Source of the DNA: Chiloscyllium plagiosum
Lineage: Eukaryota
Assembly: GCF_004010195.1 (NCBI RefSeq)
Contig: NC_057717.1
Coordinates: forward strand, 37,700,340 to 37,763,806
Length of the DNA: 63,467 bases
Direction: 5' to 3'
Part shown: positions 49,745 to 62,213 of the stretch, piece after piece
How the letters are laid out: each line of letters begins with the position of its first letter
How positions within the stretch are numbered: position 1 is the stretch's first letter
Translations under genes and position numbers: made by a program
Notes under the pieces: model-generated
Database searches by the model: none
Seen by the model: only the letters and a program-made list of their open reading frames with translations
What the model was told of the DNA's origin: nothing

Positions 49745-52700
49745 AAAACAACAATGGTTGACTCAGACCCGTGACCTGTGCGTCTTGCTTGATGTGGGAG
49801 CTTAGGAACGTGGCTGACGCTCCAGACTCTTACACGTGCAAGAAGTTTGTCCAGCTGCAGCTCTTGTTTGACCGCATGGTGACTCTGGAGCTGCGGATGG
49901 ACTCAATGTGGAGCATCTGTAATGCTGAGGATGCCGTGGATAGCACGTTTAGTGAGCTGGTCACAACACAGTTTAGAATTGCTGAGGGAGACAGTGAATG
50001 GGTGAACAAAAGACAGAAAAAGAGTAAGAAGACAGAGCAGGTGTTCCCTGCCGTCATCTCCCTCCAAAACATGTATACCGTCTTGCATGCTGTTGGGGGA
50101 GATTACTTACCAGGGGAGGGCAGCAGTTGCATGGTTCATGGCATCGTGGCTGGCACTGCTGTTCAGAAGGGCGTAAAACGACTCGTAGGGCAATTGTCAC
50201 GGGAATTTCTTGTGAAGGGAGTAGATAGGCGGTTCAGTGGCCAGAATGGGACTTATGGATGGTATGTTGCCTTACAGGTGCTCAGGTCAGGTATGCCACC
50301 GATCAGCTGCAGAGCGTTCTAAAAGGGGAGGGTGAACAGCCAGTTGTCTTGGTGCCTATGGACACCAACGATATAAGTAGAAAATGAGATGAGGTCCTCA
50401 AAGAAGAATTCAGGGAGCTAGGAGAGAAGTTAAAGAGGAGGACCTCAAAGGTAGTGATCTCGGGATTACTACCAGTGCTACGTGCTAGCCAGCGTAGAAA
50501 TAAAAAAAAGACAGGTTGAACACATGGCTTGAGAGATGGTGTCGAAGGGAGGGGCTCAATTTGTTGGACATTAGGACTGGTTCTGGGGCAGGTGGGACTA
50601 TTACAAAATGGACGGTCTACATCTGAACCAGACTGGAACTATTGTCCTTAGTGGGTTTTTTTTGCTACTGCTTTGGGAATATTTAAACTAATGTGGCAGG
50701 AGACTGGGAACCAGAAGAGAAAACAAGTAGGCAGTGATGTGGAGATTGGAGACTGTAAGAATTATAAAAATAGCATTCATAAAGGGAAGAGTAGACAGAG
50801 AGGAGATGAGCACAAAAAAACTGGTAGCCTAAAATGCATCTACTTTAATGCAAAGAGTATAGTGTGTAAGGCAGATGAACTTAGGGCTTTGATTGGTGCC
50901 TGGAAGTATCATGTCATTGCAATCACAGAGGCTTGGTTGAAGGAAGGGCATGAAGATTGGCAACTAAACATCCCTGGATATAGATGCTTCAGAGAGGACA
51001 GGGATGGAAGTAAAAGGGTGGGGTGCAGTTGCATTGCTGGTCAAGAACGACGTCAGGGCTGTGCTAAAGGAGCACACTATGGAGGTCTTGGTTAGTGAGG
51101 CATTATGCGTGGAGCTGAGAAATTAGAAGGGTGCAGTTACACTGTTGGGGCTGTATTACAGGCCTCCCAACAGTGAGCATGTGGTAGAAGAACAAATAGG
51201 TAAACAGATTATGGAAAGATGGAGAGGCAATAGGTAGTGGTGATGGGAGATTTTAATTTTCCCAACATTGACTGGCATATACTTAGCGTCAGAGGTCTGA
51301 ATGGGGTAGAATTTGTAATAAGTGTCCAGGAGAGTTTTGTACTGCAGTATGTTAATAGTCCGAAGAGGGAAGGGGCCATATTTTACCTGGTACTGGGGAA
51401 CAAGCCAGGACATTGGTAGACGTTGCGGTGGGAGATTTCTTTGGGAACAGTGACCACAATTCTGTAAGTTTTAGAATACTCATGGATAAAGAAGAGAGTG
51501 GTCCTAAGGGAACAGTACTAAACTGAGCCAGGACCAATTACATCAAAATTCGGCAGAAGCTCGGAAATGTGGAATGGACACAGCTATTTGAAGGGAAGTC
51601 CACATTTGAAACGTGGGAGGCTTTGAAAGGTAGGTTAAAGATAGTGCAGGATAGGCATGTCCCGTTAAGGTCAAAGGATAAGAAGTGCAACATTCGTGAA
51701 TCGTGGATGACGGGAGAAATTCTACGACTAGTCAAGACGAAAAGGGAAGCATGCATAATGTCTAGGCAGCTAAGAACAGAATGGGCTCTGGAGGAATATC
51801 GGAAGAGTAGGACAAGTCTTAAACGAAGAATCAAGCGGGCTTAAACGGGTTATGAAATAGCGTTAGCGAGCAGAATTAAGGAGAATCACTAAGCATTTTA
51901 TTCTTATACAAGAAGCAAGAAAGTAATTGGAGAAAGGATTGGTCCACTAAAGGATAACGAAGAAAGGCTGTGTGTCGAACCTGAGAGAATGGGTGAGATT
52001 CTGAATGATTACTTTGCATCAGTGTTCACTGAGGAGAAGGACATGATGAATGTTGAGATTATAGATAGAAGTTTGATTAGTCTTGATCACGCTGACATAC
52101 GTAGGGAAGATGTGTTGGGTAGGCTAGTGGTTATTAAGGTGGACAACTCCCCAGGACCGGATGGGATCTATCCCAACTTGCTGAGGGAGGCGAGAGGGGA
52201 AATCGCTGGGGCCCTGACAGATATCTTTGTGGAATCCTTAAATACAGGTGAGGTGCCGGAGGATTGGAGGGTAGTTTATGTTGTCCCCCTGTACAGGAAG
52301 TGTAGTAGGAATATTCTGGGTAACCAAAGATGAGTGTGCATGACGTCAGTGGTGGAAAGGTTGCTGGAGAAGGTACTGAGGGATAGGATCTACTTATATT
52401 TTGAAAAGAATGGGTTTACAGTGATAGGCAAAATGGTTTTGTGCAGGGGCGATCGTGCCTTACCAACTTCATTGAGTTCTTTGAGGAAGTGAGCAAGTTG
52501 CTAGATGAAAGAAGGGCTGTACACGACATATACATGGACTTTAGTAAGGTGTTTGATAAGATTCCCCATGGTAGACTAATGGATAAATTGCAGTCATATG
52601 GTGTTCAGGGTATTCTAGCTAGGTGAATAAAGAACTGGTTGAGAAACAGGAGACAGAGAGGAGTATTTGAAGGGATTTTCTCGAAATGGTGAAAGGTGAC

Positions 52701-53700
52701 CAGTGGTGATCCACAGGGGTCAGTGTTGGGGCAGCTATTGTTTGTAATATAAATAAATGATCTGGAAGAGGACACTGTTGGTATGATCAGCAAGTTTGCA
52801 GATGACACGAAGAATGTTGGAGTAGCAGAAAGCATAAGGGACTGTCAGAGAATGCAGGAGGATATAGAGGGACTGGAGATTTGGGCGGAAAGTGGCAGAT
52901 GGATTTCAATCCAGACAAATGTGAGGTGATGCATGTAGGCAAGACTAATTCTAGAGCAAATTATGCAATGAACGGAAGAGCCTCGCGAAAGGTTGTTGGG
53001 CAGCGAGATCTGGGAGTGCAGGTTCATGGTAATGTGAAGGTTGATGCACAGGTGGATAGAGTAGTCAAGAAGTCATATGGTTTGCTTGCCTTCATTGGAC
53101 GGCGTATTGAGTATACGAGCTGGCAAGTCATATTAACATTGTACAAGACATTGGTTCAGCCGCATTTAGAATTCTGTGTACAGTTCTGGTCGACACATTA
53201 TCAAAAGGATATGGACGCCTTTTGGAAGGTGCAAAGAAGGTTTACGAGAATGGAAGGTGCTAGCTATGAAGAAAAGTTGAGTAGGTTAGGTTTATTTTCA
53301 TTAATAAAACGGATATTGAGGGGGGACCTGATTGAGATTTACAAAATCATGAAGGGTTTAGACAGGGTGGATAGAGACAAGCTTTTTCCCAGTGTGAAGG
53401 ATTCAATAACGAGAGGTCACGCTTTCAAGGTGGGAGGTGGAAAGATTAAGGGGGATATATGCAGCAAGGACTTCACACAGAGGGTGGTGGGCGTTTGAAA
53501 CGCGTTGCCAGCAGAGGTGGTAGAGGCAGGCACGGTAGATTACTTTAAGATGCGTCGGGACAGATGCAGTAGATGGAGAGCAGAGGGATATAGATTCTTA
53601 GGAATTGACCGACAGGTTTAGACAGTACATTTCGATCGGCTCAGACTTGGAGGCCGAAAGGCCTGTTCCTGGGCTGTAAATTTCCTTTGTTCTTTTTTGT
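49745..53700 (+). mobile_element. Near full-length CR1 LINE (ORF1 Zn-finger/leucine zipper/esterase + ORF2 endonuclease-RT), inactivated
   Basis: ORF1: CASCLMWE...YTCKKFVQLQLL..LELR and a DTNDI esterase-like motif. ORF2: LKCIYFNAKS, AITEAW, MGDFNFP, SDHN, SPGPDG, FADDT, HLEFCVQFWS. Stops and frameshifts throughout. Confidence 0.95.
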
Positions 53701-56700
53701 TAACTTATACATTCCTTTTCATGTTGTATTTATTAGAAGGTGAGAGGTTGGGAAGTGCTTTTTCCAAAACGGACCCGAATGTCCTTGGTCACACATCACG
53801 AACAGAATTCATTTCGGGCATCCATTTACCAGGACAAGAAATGAAATGTCAGCCTTCATTACAAAATGAATCATGTGTAGGATTTGTGCAGTGTTGTTGG
53901 GGCAGTATTTGGGCTATTGTGGACAGACTTTCTGACCTTTATAAATCAATGGTCTCCTTGTCACAGAGGCAGTGCAAAGCTGTTTTATCAGAATAATCTC
54001 TGGGATGATGGTAACATGAAGAGAGTGTGAAGGAAACGGATGTTTAATTTGTAGCACGGCGAGAGAATAAGAGTTGACTGCATTGAAACTTGAAGATTAC
54101 GGACGAACACACATTACGTCCAGAGAAAGATATTGATGTCATAAGAAATACATTTTCCCCAAGGTACGTGCTTCTTGGTAATTTATGTACCTCTGTGAAG
54201 CTCCTATGTTGGTCGGGAGAGAGTTTCAGGTTCTGAATGAACTCTCATTGCCTCAATGTGCAGTTGGTGTGTGACCTGCACTGGAAGTCACATTGTTCAC
54301 AAATCTGTCAGCAGCTACAATGCTTAACTCCTGAAAATGTTAGCCGTTCCCAACAACTTCTGACTTCCATCGGGAATATCGGTCTGCCTTCTCGGAGATA
54401 TCCTCCCTCCTCACCGTCAACAAACCATATTAATGTATTCATTCTGTACCATTAGTAATGGAGCCAGGAGGAACGGCATGGAGCAGTCTATCCATGCAGT
54501 CTCTGTTTGATTGGTTTGTCATGTTTGGTCGTACATAACATTCTCCTATATCTGTACAAGGGGTTTGTGCGGCTGAATGGCCACCTCCTGCTGTCATGGG
54601 AGACGCTCAAGAACCTGACTGGGCAACCAACCCGTGGTTCCTGTTTAGCAGCTCAATGTGTTTGACTGGGCTCATTATCTTACTGTGTAATAGTCAGGAG
54701 AGAATAAATGGGCTATCCCTATTCTTATCCAATAGCACTGATGGGCAGAATGACCTCCGCATACTCCTGTGAAGTGAGCTTGAGGTGCTGAATGAGCACC
54801 ATAGTGTCCAGCAGGACTATTACATGAATGTGACCGACACTGTAACAGCATAAGCCTGAATGCTGTCCGGTTTTCCTGCACATGGACACAGATGGCTTCA
54901 GGAGCTGAGGAAGGCACATTATTCTGAACATTACATGATTTTCAGTCACCACCTCCACTTCTGAGGTTCTGATGGGGGAAAGACACCGAGGTGCAAATGA
55001 GGTTGCTTGTGCTGTGGATCTCCCGCAGAGATGTCCCGAGACTGAGGTGGTACATGTCGAAGAACTACAAATATCTTCTTTATGCTGAATCACTCCAACC
55101 TGTGAGTAGGTTACGCTTCATTTCCAATATGTTCAATTTTCTTCAGGTTCCTTGATACCATCCTCAGTTAAACACTGTCTTGTTGTCAGGGCCAATCACT
55201 AATACCTGTTTTTTTATATATTTTGTTCATGTCAATAGGTCACGGTGTATGTGTGTGATGTGTTTCCTTCTCACATAGGGGTGTGATCATCGGGACTTCA
55301 CTATACCAGAGAGGTTGGGGAGATAGATCATTGAGATAGTTGGAAGACTGCGATGGATTGATGTTTGACACGACAGGCGTTCCAGGAGTTGGGGTATAGA
55401 GCAGATCAGCCATGATTTTATTGAAGGGAAAGGCAGGCAGTAAGGGCTGAATGACCTATCCTGCTTCTCATATTCTTGAATTCTGTTATTGGAAGGTTCA
55501 CCATTGTTAGTTTCCTGGCTGTCCTGTGAAGGAATGCTGCATTCAAAGAGACCAGAGGATTTTATGAGCAATATTTATGAGCAGTATGGGGTCATTAGTC
55601 ACTGTGAATCTGAATCAACAACATGACAAATAAATAGAGACAGGGGAACTTCTGTAAAGAGAGAGGAGAGGACTGTTTTACAGTAACACCAACTCTTTTT
55701 CTCAATAACGTTTTCCAATCCACACCAAATCATGTTTGACTGTATTCAGGGGCTGAATAGTCACCTCGGTTTCTGTGCATCAAGCAGTAGGAGTAAGTGG
55801 TCTCCAACTGCTTCTGAGCAGCGGATTGAGGGGTTGAATGGAATGGGGTGAAGTAGGACTGAGGAACAGGAGTGGGTCCCTGCCCAACCAGGCACTAAGG
55901 TTGTGGCTGATCAGATTGTGGTCACAGCCCCTCGGTCCTATCTGCAGGTCTTTATCCTTGAGTCACTTTCCTGTCAAATATTTAACTAACACACATTTGA
56001 ATAAATGCAAACAAACAGGTACCACAAACCTGTGGGCAGAGAATTCCCACTTTTGGGAACTTCTCCTTATCCCTGTTCCTACCGAGGTTAGAGAGTCATT
56101 GCTTCTTTTTCTAGTCCCACTCCTCCAGACGTCACGACAAATTATCAGTGTAACTAAATGTGTGATATGGTAAATGATATCCGTCTCAGCTTGCATATGT
56201 TGCTGTAGAGAAGTACTAGTAGAGACGGAGAATTCGATTAGAGCAGCACAAGTTTAATGTGACAGGGCAAACAGAAGGCAGCCAGAAGATTTCTGGGCAA
56301 TCACCCAAGGTACCTTTTCATATGAAAGTCTGTGCATCAGTAGAATCTGCGACCCAAGTAGTCTATATTGGTTATTCATATTCCAGACAACTTGTGTTGT
56401 TCCCCGTTTACTCTGAAAGTGAATAGACATAGTTATTTCACCGTTATTTCGAAAGAAGATCCTGCATTGAATCTGTTCGCCGTTTGTGGATGCTGTGGTG
56501 AAAATGTGGGCAATCGCGATGTGAAACGTTGCTATACTTTCATTTCCTTCATTACTGTCCTGGTGAGGGAGAAAGGTGATTGGCTGTCTCGATCAGATGG
56601 GGGCACCGGCGCATTGATGACCTAATTTCATCACGGATATAATTGGAAATGTTCACTTTTAATGGTTCGTTGTTGTTCTGTGTTTTTTTTATGATACTTG

Positions 56701-57094
56701 AGCACTTTCTGGGACTTGGCAATACACTAAATCTCCAGTNNNNNNNNNNNNNNNNNNNNNNNNNNNNNNNNNNNNNNNNNNNNNNNNNNNNNNNNNNNNN
56801 NNNNNNNNNNNNNNNNNNNNNNNNNNNNNNNNNNNNNNNNNNNNNNNNNNNNNNNNNNNNNNNNNNNNNNNNNNNNNNNNNNNNNNNNNNNNNNNNNNNN
56901 NNNNNNNNNNNNNNNNNNNNNNNNNNNNNNNNNNNNNNNNNNNNNNNNNNNNNNNNNNNNNNNNNNNNNNNNNNNNNNNNNNNNNNNNNNNNNNNNNNNN
57001 NNNNNNNNNNNNNNNNNNNNNNNNNNNNNNNNNNNNNNNNNNNNNNNNNNNNNNNNNNNNNNNNNNNNNNNNNNNNNNNNNNNNNNNNNNNNNN

Positions 57095-57460
57095 TCTCTC
57101 CGAGGTCTTCCTGTCTATACACCCATTCAGATGCCTTTGAAATGATGTGAGTGCACCAGACTCTGCCACTAAATGTGGCAATTCATTCCACACAAACAAA
57201 AGTTCTGTGTGAAAAACATGTGTCCCTCACATCCCTTTTAAATGTTTCCTCTCTCGCATTAAACGTTTGCTATGTAGATTTGAACTCGCGTGTCTTCTGA
57301 AGAAGTGCTCCCTGACTATTTACTTTGTCTGTCTTCCTCACGATTTTATAAGCTTCTGTGAGGCCATATCTAAGCACTGAAGCTCCTGGGAAGCTGACCA
57401 AGCCTATTCAGTTTCGTTCTCATGTCCAAGCAGTGCAAACCTTACAAATCTTTGTAAAGG
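57095..57460 (-). mobile_element. CR1 3' fragment
   Basis: ORF start MFVWNELPHLVAESG..SFQRHLN. Confidence 0.7.
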
Positions 57461-57469
57461 TTTTCTAAA

Positions 57470-60400
57470 CTTACACTTGCAAGAAGTGTGTCCAGCTGCA
57501 GCACTTGTTTGACCGCTTGGTCACTCTGGAGCTGCGGGTGGACTCACTGTGGAGCATCAGCAATTCCGGAGAGTTATGTTGCCTCCCAGGTGCTCAGGCG
57601 AGGGATGTCACCCATCGGCTAAAGAGCATTGAAAAAGGGGATCGTGAACAGCCAGTTGTCTTGGTGCATACAGGCACCAACGGAAAAAAAAACGACATGA
57701 GGACCTGCAGGGAGAATTCAGGGAGCTAGGAGAGAAATTAAAGAGGAGGACATCAAAGGTAGTAATCTCGGGATTACTGCCAGTGCCATGTGACTGCCAG
57801 TGTAGAAATGAATAAAAAAAGGCACGATGAACACGTGATTGGTGGAATTGTGCTGAAGGGCGGGTTTCAGATTTGTTGGATTTTGGGACCAGTTCTGGGG
57901 AATGTGGGACTATAAGAAAATTGACGATCCACATCTGAACCAGACGGGAACGAATGTCCTTTCGGGAGTTTTTGCTACTTCTGTTGGGGAGGTTTTATAC
58001 TAATGTGGCAGGGGGCTGGGAATTACACGATTAAACAAGTCAGCAGTGAGGTAGAAACTGGAAACTAAGAATCAGGAAGATAGCATTAATAATGGGAAGA
58101 GTAGGCAGAGAGCAGATGAATGCAAAATAACTGGTGGGCTGAAATGCATCTACTTTAATGCATGAAGTATAGACAGATGAACGTCATATTCCCAGGCTTA
58201 GGTTGGTACCTGGGAATATGACGTTATTGCGATCACTGAGATTTAGTTGATGTAAGGGCATGGTTGGCAACCAAACGTTCTAGGATATAGACGCTTCAGA
58301 CGGGACAGGGAGGGAAGTAAAAGGGGAAGGAGTTGCATTGCTGGTCAGGGATGATATCATGGCTGTGCGAAAGGAGGACACCATGTAGGGCTTGAGTCGT
58401 GAGACACTATGGATGGAGCAGGGAAATAAGAAGGGTGAGGTTCGATTTTTGAGGCTGTATTACAGTGAGCGTGAGGTGTAAGAAAAGAATAGTTAAACAA
58501 ATCATGAAAAGATGTAGAGGCAATAATTTAGTGTTGATTGAAGATTTCTATTTTCCCAACATTGACCGGGATACTCTTCACGTCACAGGTCTGGATGGGA
58601 TTCCATTTGTAAGAAGCCTCCAGGTGAGTTTTCTGGAGTGGTATATCAATAGTCCGACGAGGGAATAGGCCATATTGGAACTGATATTGGGGAATAAGCC
58701 AGGGCTGGTGAAAACAGTTGTGGTGAGTGATTTCTTTGGGAAGTGTCCAATATTCTGTAAGTGTTAGAATACTCATTGACAAAGATGAGAGTGGTCATGA
58801 GGAAAGAGTACTAAACTGGGTCAAAGCTAATTATATCAAAATTATGCAGGAGGTCGGAAATATGGATTGGACACAGCTATTTGTAGGAAAGTCCACAGTT
58901 CATATGTGGCAGGCTTTCAAAGATAGGTTAAATATAATGCAGGATAGGCATGTCCCGTTGAAGGCAAAGGATTTGGAAGGCAATATTCGTGAACTGTTGA
59001 TGACAGTACAATTGTACGACTCGCCAAGAGTAAAAGGGAAGCATACATAACGCCTCAGCAGCCAAGAACATAATGTTCCCTGGAGGAACATGGGAAGAGT
59101 AGGACAAGTCTTAAACGACGAATCATGGGGGTTAAAAGGGGTCATGAAACAACTTCACGCTAGCACAATTCAGGAGAATCCAAAAGCCTATTATTCATAT
59201 ATGAGAAGCAAGCGGGTAACCAGAGAAAGGATTGGTCTACTAAAGGAAAATAAAGGAAGGGTGTATGTCGAATCTGAGAGACTGGGTATGATTCTGAATG
59301 ATTATTTTGCATCAGTGTTCACTGAGGAGAGGAACATGATGAATGTTGAGTCTAGAGCAAGACATTTGATTAGTCTGGATAATGTTGACATAAGTAGGAA
59401 AGCTGTGTTGGGCAGGCTAGGGGTAATTAATGTGGACAAATCCTCAGGACCGGATGGGATCTATCCCTGGTTCTTGACCGAGGTGAGAGAGGAAACAGCT
59501 GGGGCCCTGACAGATATCTTCGCGGCATCCTTCAGCACAGGTGAGGTTCTGGCCGACTGGAACGTTGCTCATATTGTCCCCTGTACAAGACGGACAGTGG
59601 GGATATTCTGGATAACTACAGAACAAGGCGCCTAACATCAGTGTTGGGAAAGTTGCTGGAGTAGGTACTGAGGGATAGGATCTATTCATATTTTGAAAAT
59701 AATGTGCATATCAGTGAGAGGCATAGAGTTTTTCGGGGAAGTGCCCAAGTTGATAGATGAAGGAAAGGCTGTTGATGACATATACATGCACTACAGTATG
59801 GAGTTAGATAAGATTCCCCCTGGAAACCAAATACAGAACGTAAAGTAACATGGTGTGCAGGGTGTTCTAGACAGATGGATAAAGAATTAGTTGAGCAATG
59901 GGAGAGAGAGAATGGCAGTTGAATGGAGTTTCTGGAAATGGAGAAAGATGACCAGTAGTGCTCCACAGGGGTCAGTGTTGTGGCCATTGTTGTTTGTGAT
60001 TAACATAAATGACCTGGAAGAGAGCACTGTTGGAATGATCAGAAAATTTGCAGATGACACGAAGAACTCTGGACTAGCAGAAAGTATAAGAATACAGGAG
60101 GATATAGATATACTGGAAAGTTGGGCGGAAAGGTGGCAGCTGGAGTTCAAAACAGACAACTGTGAGCTGAAGCATTTCGGTCAGTCTAATTCTAGATGGG
60201 GTTATACAATGAACGGAAGAGCTTTGGGAAAAAAAAAGTTGATGGACAGAGAGATCTGTGAGTGCAGGTCCATTGTACACTGAAGGTTGCTGCACAGCTG
60301 GATAGAGTAGTCAAGCAGGCATATAGTATGCTTGGCTTCATTGGATGGGGTATTGAATAAAATGGCTGGCAAGTCATGTTAAAATTGAACAATACATTGA

Positions 60401-60960
60401 TCTGGCCACACTTAGAATACTGCACAAATTTCTGGTCGCCACATTACCAAAAGGACGTGGACGCTTTGGAGAGGGCAGGTAAAAGGTTTAAGCGGATGTT
60501 GCCTCGTATGGAAGGTACAATCTAGGAAGAGAGGTTGAGTAGGTTGTGTTTGTTTTCATTAGAAACAAGGAGTTTGACGGGGACCTTTTTGTAGCTTACA
60601 AAATCATGAAGGGTACAGACAGGGTAGATCGAGAAAAGTTTTATTTCCCAGTTGAAGGATTAAATACCGAGAGGTCACGCGTTGAAGGTGAGAGGTGAAC
60701 AGTTTAAGAGCGATACACGCGGCAACTACTCGACGCAGCGGGTGGTGGGTGTCTGGAACCCGTTCCCAGCAGAGACGGGAGAGGTAATCACGGTAGATAC
60801 ATTTAAGATGCGTCTGGACAGATGCATGAGTAGGTGGGGAGCAGAGGGATACAGATGCTTAGGAATTGGGTGACAGATTTAAACAGTAGATTTGGATCGG
60901 CTCGGGCTTGAATGGATGAAGGGCCTGTTCCTTGTCTGAACATTTTCTTTAGTCTTTCTT
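57470..60960 (+). mobile_element. Second, more decayed near full-length CR1 of the same subfamily as 49745-53700
   Basis: Begins TACACTTGCAAGAAGTGTGTCCAGCTGCAG, then colinear ORF1/ORF2 motifs (HTGTN, LKCIYFNA, LNDYFASVFTEE, FADDT) through to the 3' tail. Confidence 0.93.
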
Positions 60961-61065
60961 CTTAAATTACGCCAATTTCATTACATAATCTGCGAGGTCT
61001 AAGTGCCTGAAGTGAATCGATGCTGAAACACTAGTAATAACAAATCTGAGCGTTGACTTTTGTGT

Positions 61066-61148
61066 GGTAGCGTGGTCGAGCAGTTTAATATGCTGGGTTT
61101 TAAGCTTCAGTTTCTATCGAATCGTGGCTTCAAATACCAGCATCGTAA
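61066..61148 (+). pseudogene. tRNA-Leu-derived pseudogene
   Basis: GGTAGCGTGGTCGAGCAGTTTAA..GCTGG...CTTCAGTTTCT...CGTGGCTTCAAATACCA compared with tRNA-Leu GGTAGCGTGGCCGAGCGGTCTAAGGCGCTGG...CTCCAGTCTCT...CGTGGGTTCGAATCCCA. Confidence 0.75.
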
Positions 61149-61348
61149 GTGAGCTCCGATGTGGAGATGTATGTGAGCGAACAGCGCATGTTTGGATGCC
61201 TTTTAATTTGAGTGTTTGCAGCTCCTCAGTCTGCTTACCCTCTCGGTAATAAAATCAGCGACCGTCTCTGAAAGCAACGCAAGTTCCTGCTGTCCGACGT
61301 ATGCTCATATCCCGTCGATGACATTGCTTTTGGATATCTGCGTTGCCA

Positions 61349-61415
61349 GTTTCTAACTCTCAAATGGTCAGCGCAGTTGGCTGAAATGTTGGTGGTTCGA
61401 GCCCACCCAGGGAAT
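61349..61415 (+). pseudogene. tRNA-Asn-derived pseudogene with intact B box
   Basis: GGTCAGCGCAGTTGGCTG-----AAATGTTGGTGGTTCGAGCCCACCCAGGGA. The anticodon loop is deleted and the B box GGTTCGAGCC is perfect. Confidence 0.8.
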
Positions 61416-62140
61416 AAGCCTAAAATATTTCAGCACAAGCATTTACCCCGACCACGAATTGACATTGTAACCGGTAAAACTCATCCATGATTCACCCCAA
61501 GTCCACAGGGAGTGAGATGTTTACACGCAGCAGAATACGACATCACTTTTTCCAAGCTCCCAATGCCAAGAGAAAGCGGCCACTGCAGCTTCAATCAGCG
61601 ACTTTCTGCAAAGCCATGGGAAACAACTCGTGGAAACTCCTTCCTTCGTAACACCTCCTTCGCAAAACTTTCACTTTAAATTGGAAAGGGCTTCAGGACA
61701 TTGGAATGTTGCTCCAGTTCTTGGGACATGTTATAAATAAAACTCCTGACTTGTAAATAAGAAGTGGTAAAGGTCTTAGGTAGAAAGAACAAAGAAGGTG
61801 ATGATTGAGACGACTCTGTCTCGTCAGCAGATGGGAAATGCCCAACACTGTAAACGGAAATGATTGGGTTTCCTTAGGTAATTTCCCGACTGATTTACTG
61901 TCTGCCAAAGTGATTGGAAATCACATCAGCGACATAAAGGTGAGGGTAAAATATGAAGATATTAAGGTTGAACCTTAAATCCCGGGAGAAGTGCTGAATC
62001 GATTCTAATGCTTTGAAGGAATAACTGAAGTGAAAGGTGTGAATGATATTTTTGTGATTAGGAGGAATGAACTGGATCCTACCAAATTGCGGATGAATTA
62101 TGCTCGCAATGTAATAGCAAACTAATTCACAGTGCACCGT

Positions 62141-62213
62141 GCTTGGTTAGCTCAGTCGGTGCAGTGTGAGATGCTTAATCTGAGGGTAGTGGGTGCAAGC
62201 CTCACAATGGGCG
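62141..62213 (+). pseudogene. tRNA-Lys(CTT)-derived pseudogene
   Basis: GCTTGGTTAGCTCAGTCGGT...CTTAATCTGAGGGTAGTGGGTGCAAGCCTCACAATGGGCG, 73 nt. The A box is intact and the B box is mutated. Confidence 0.82.
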
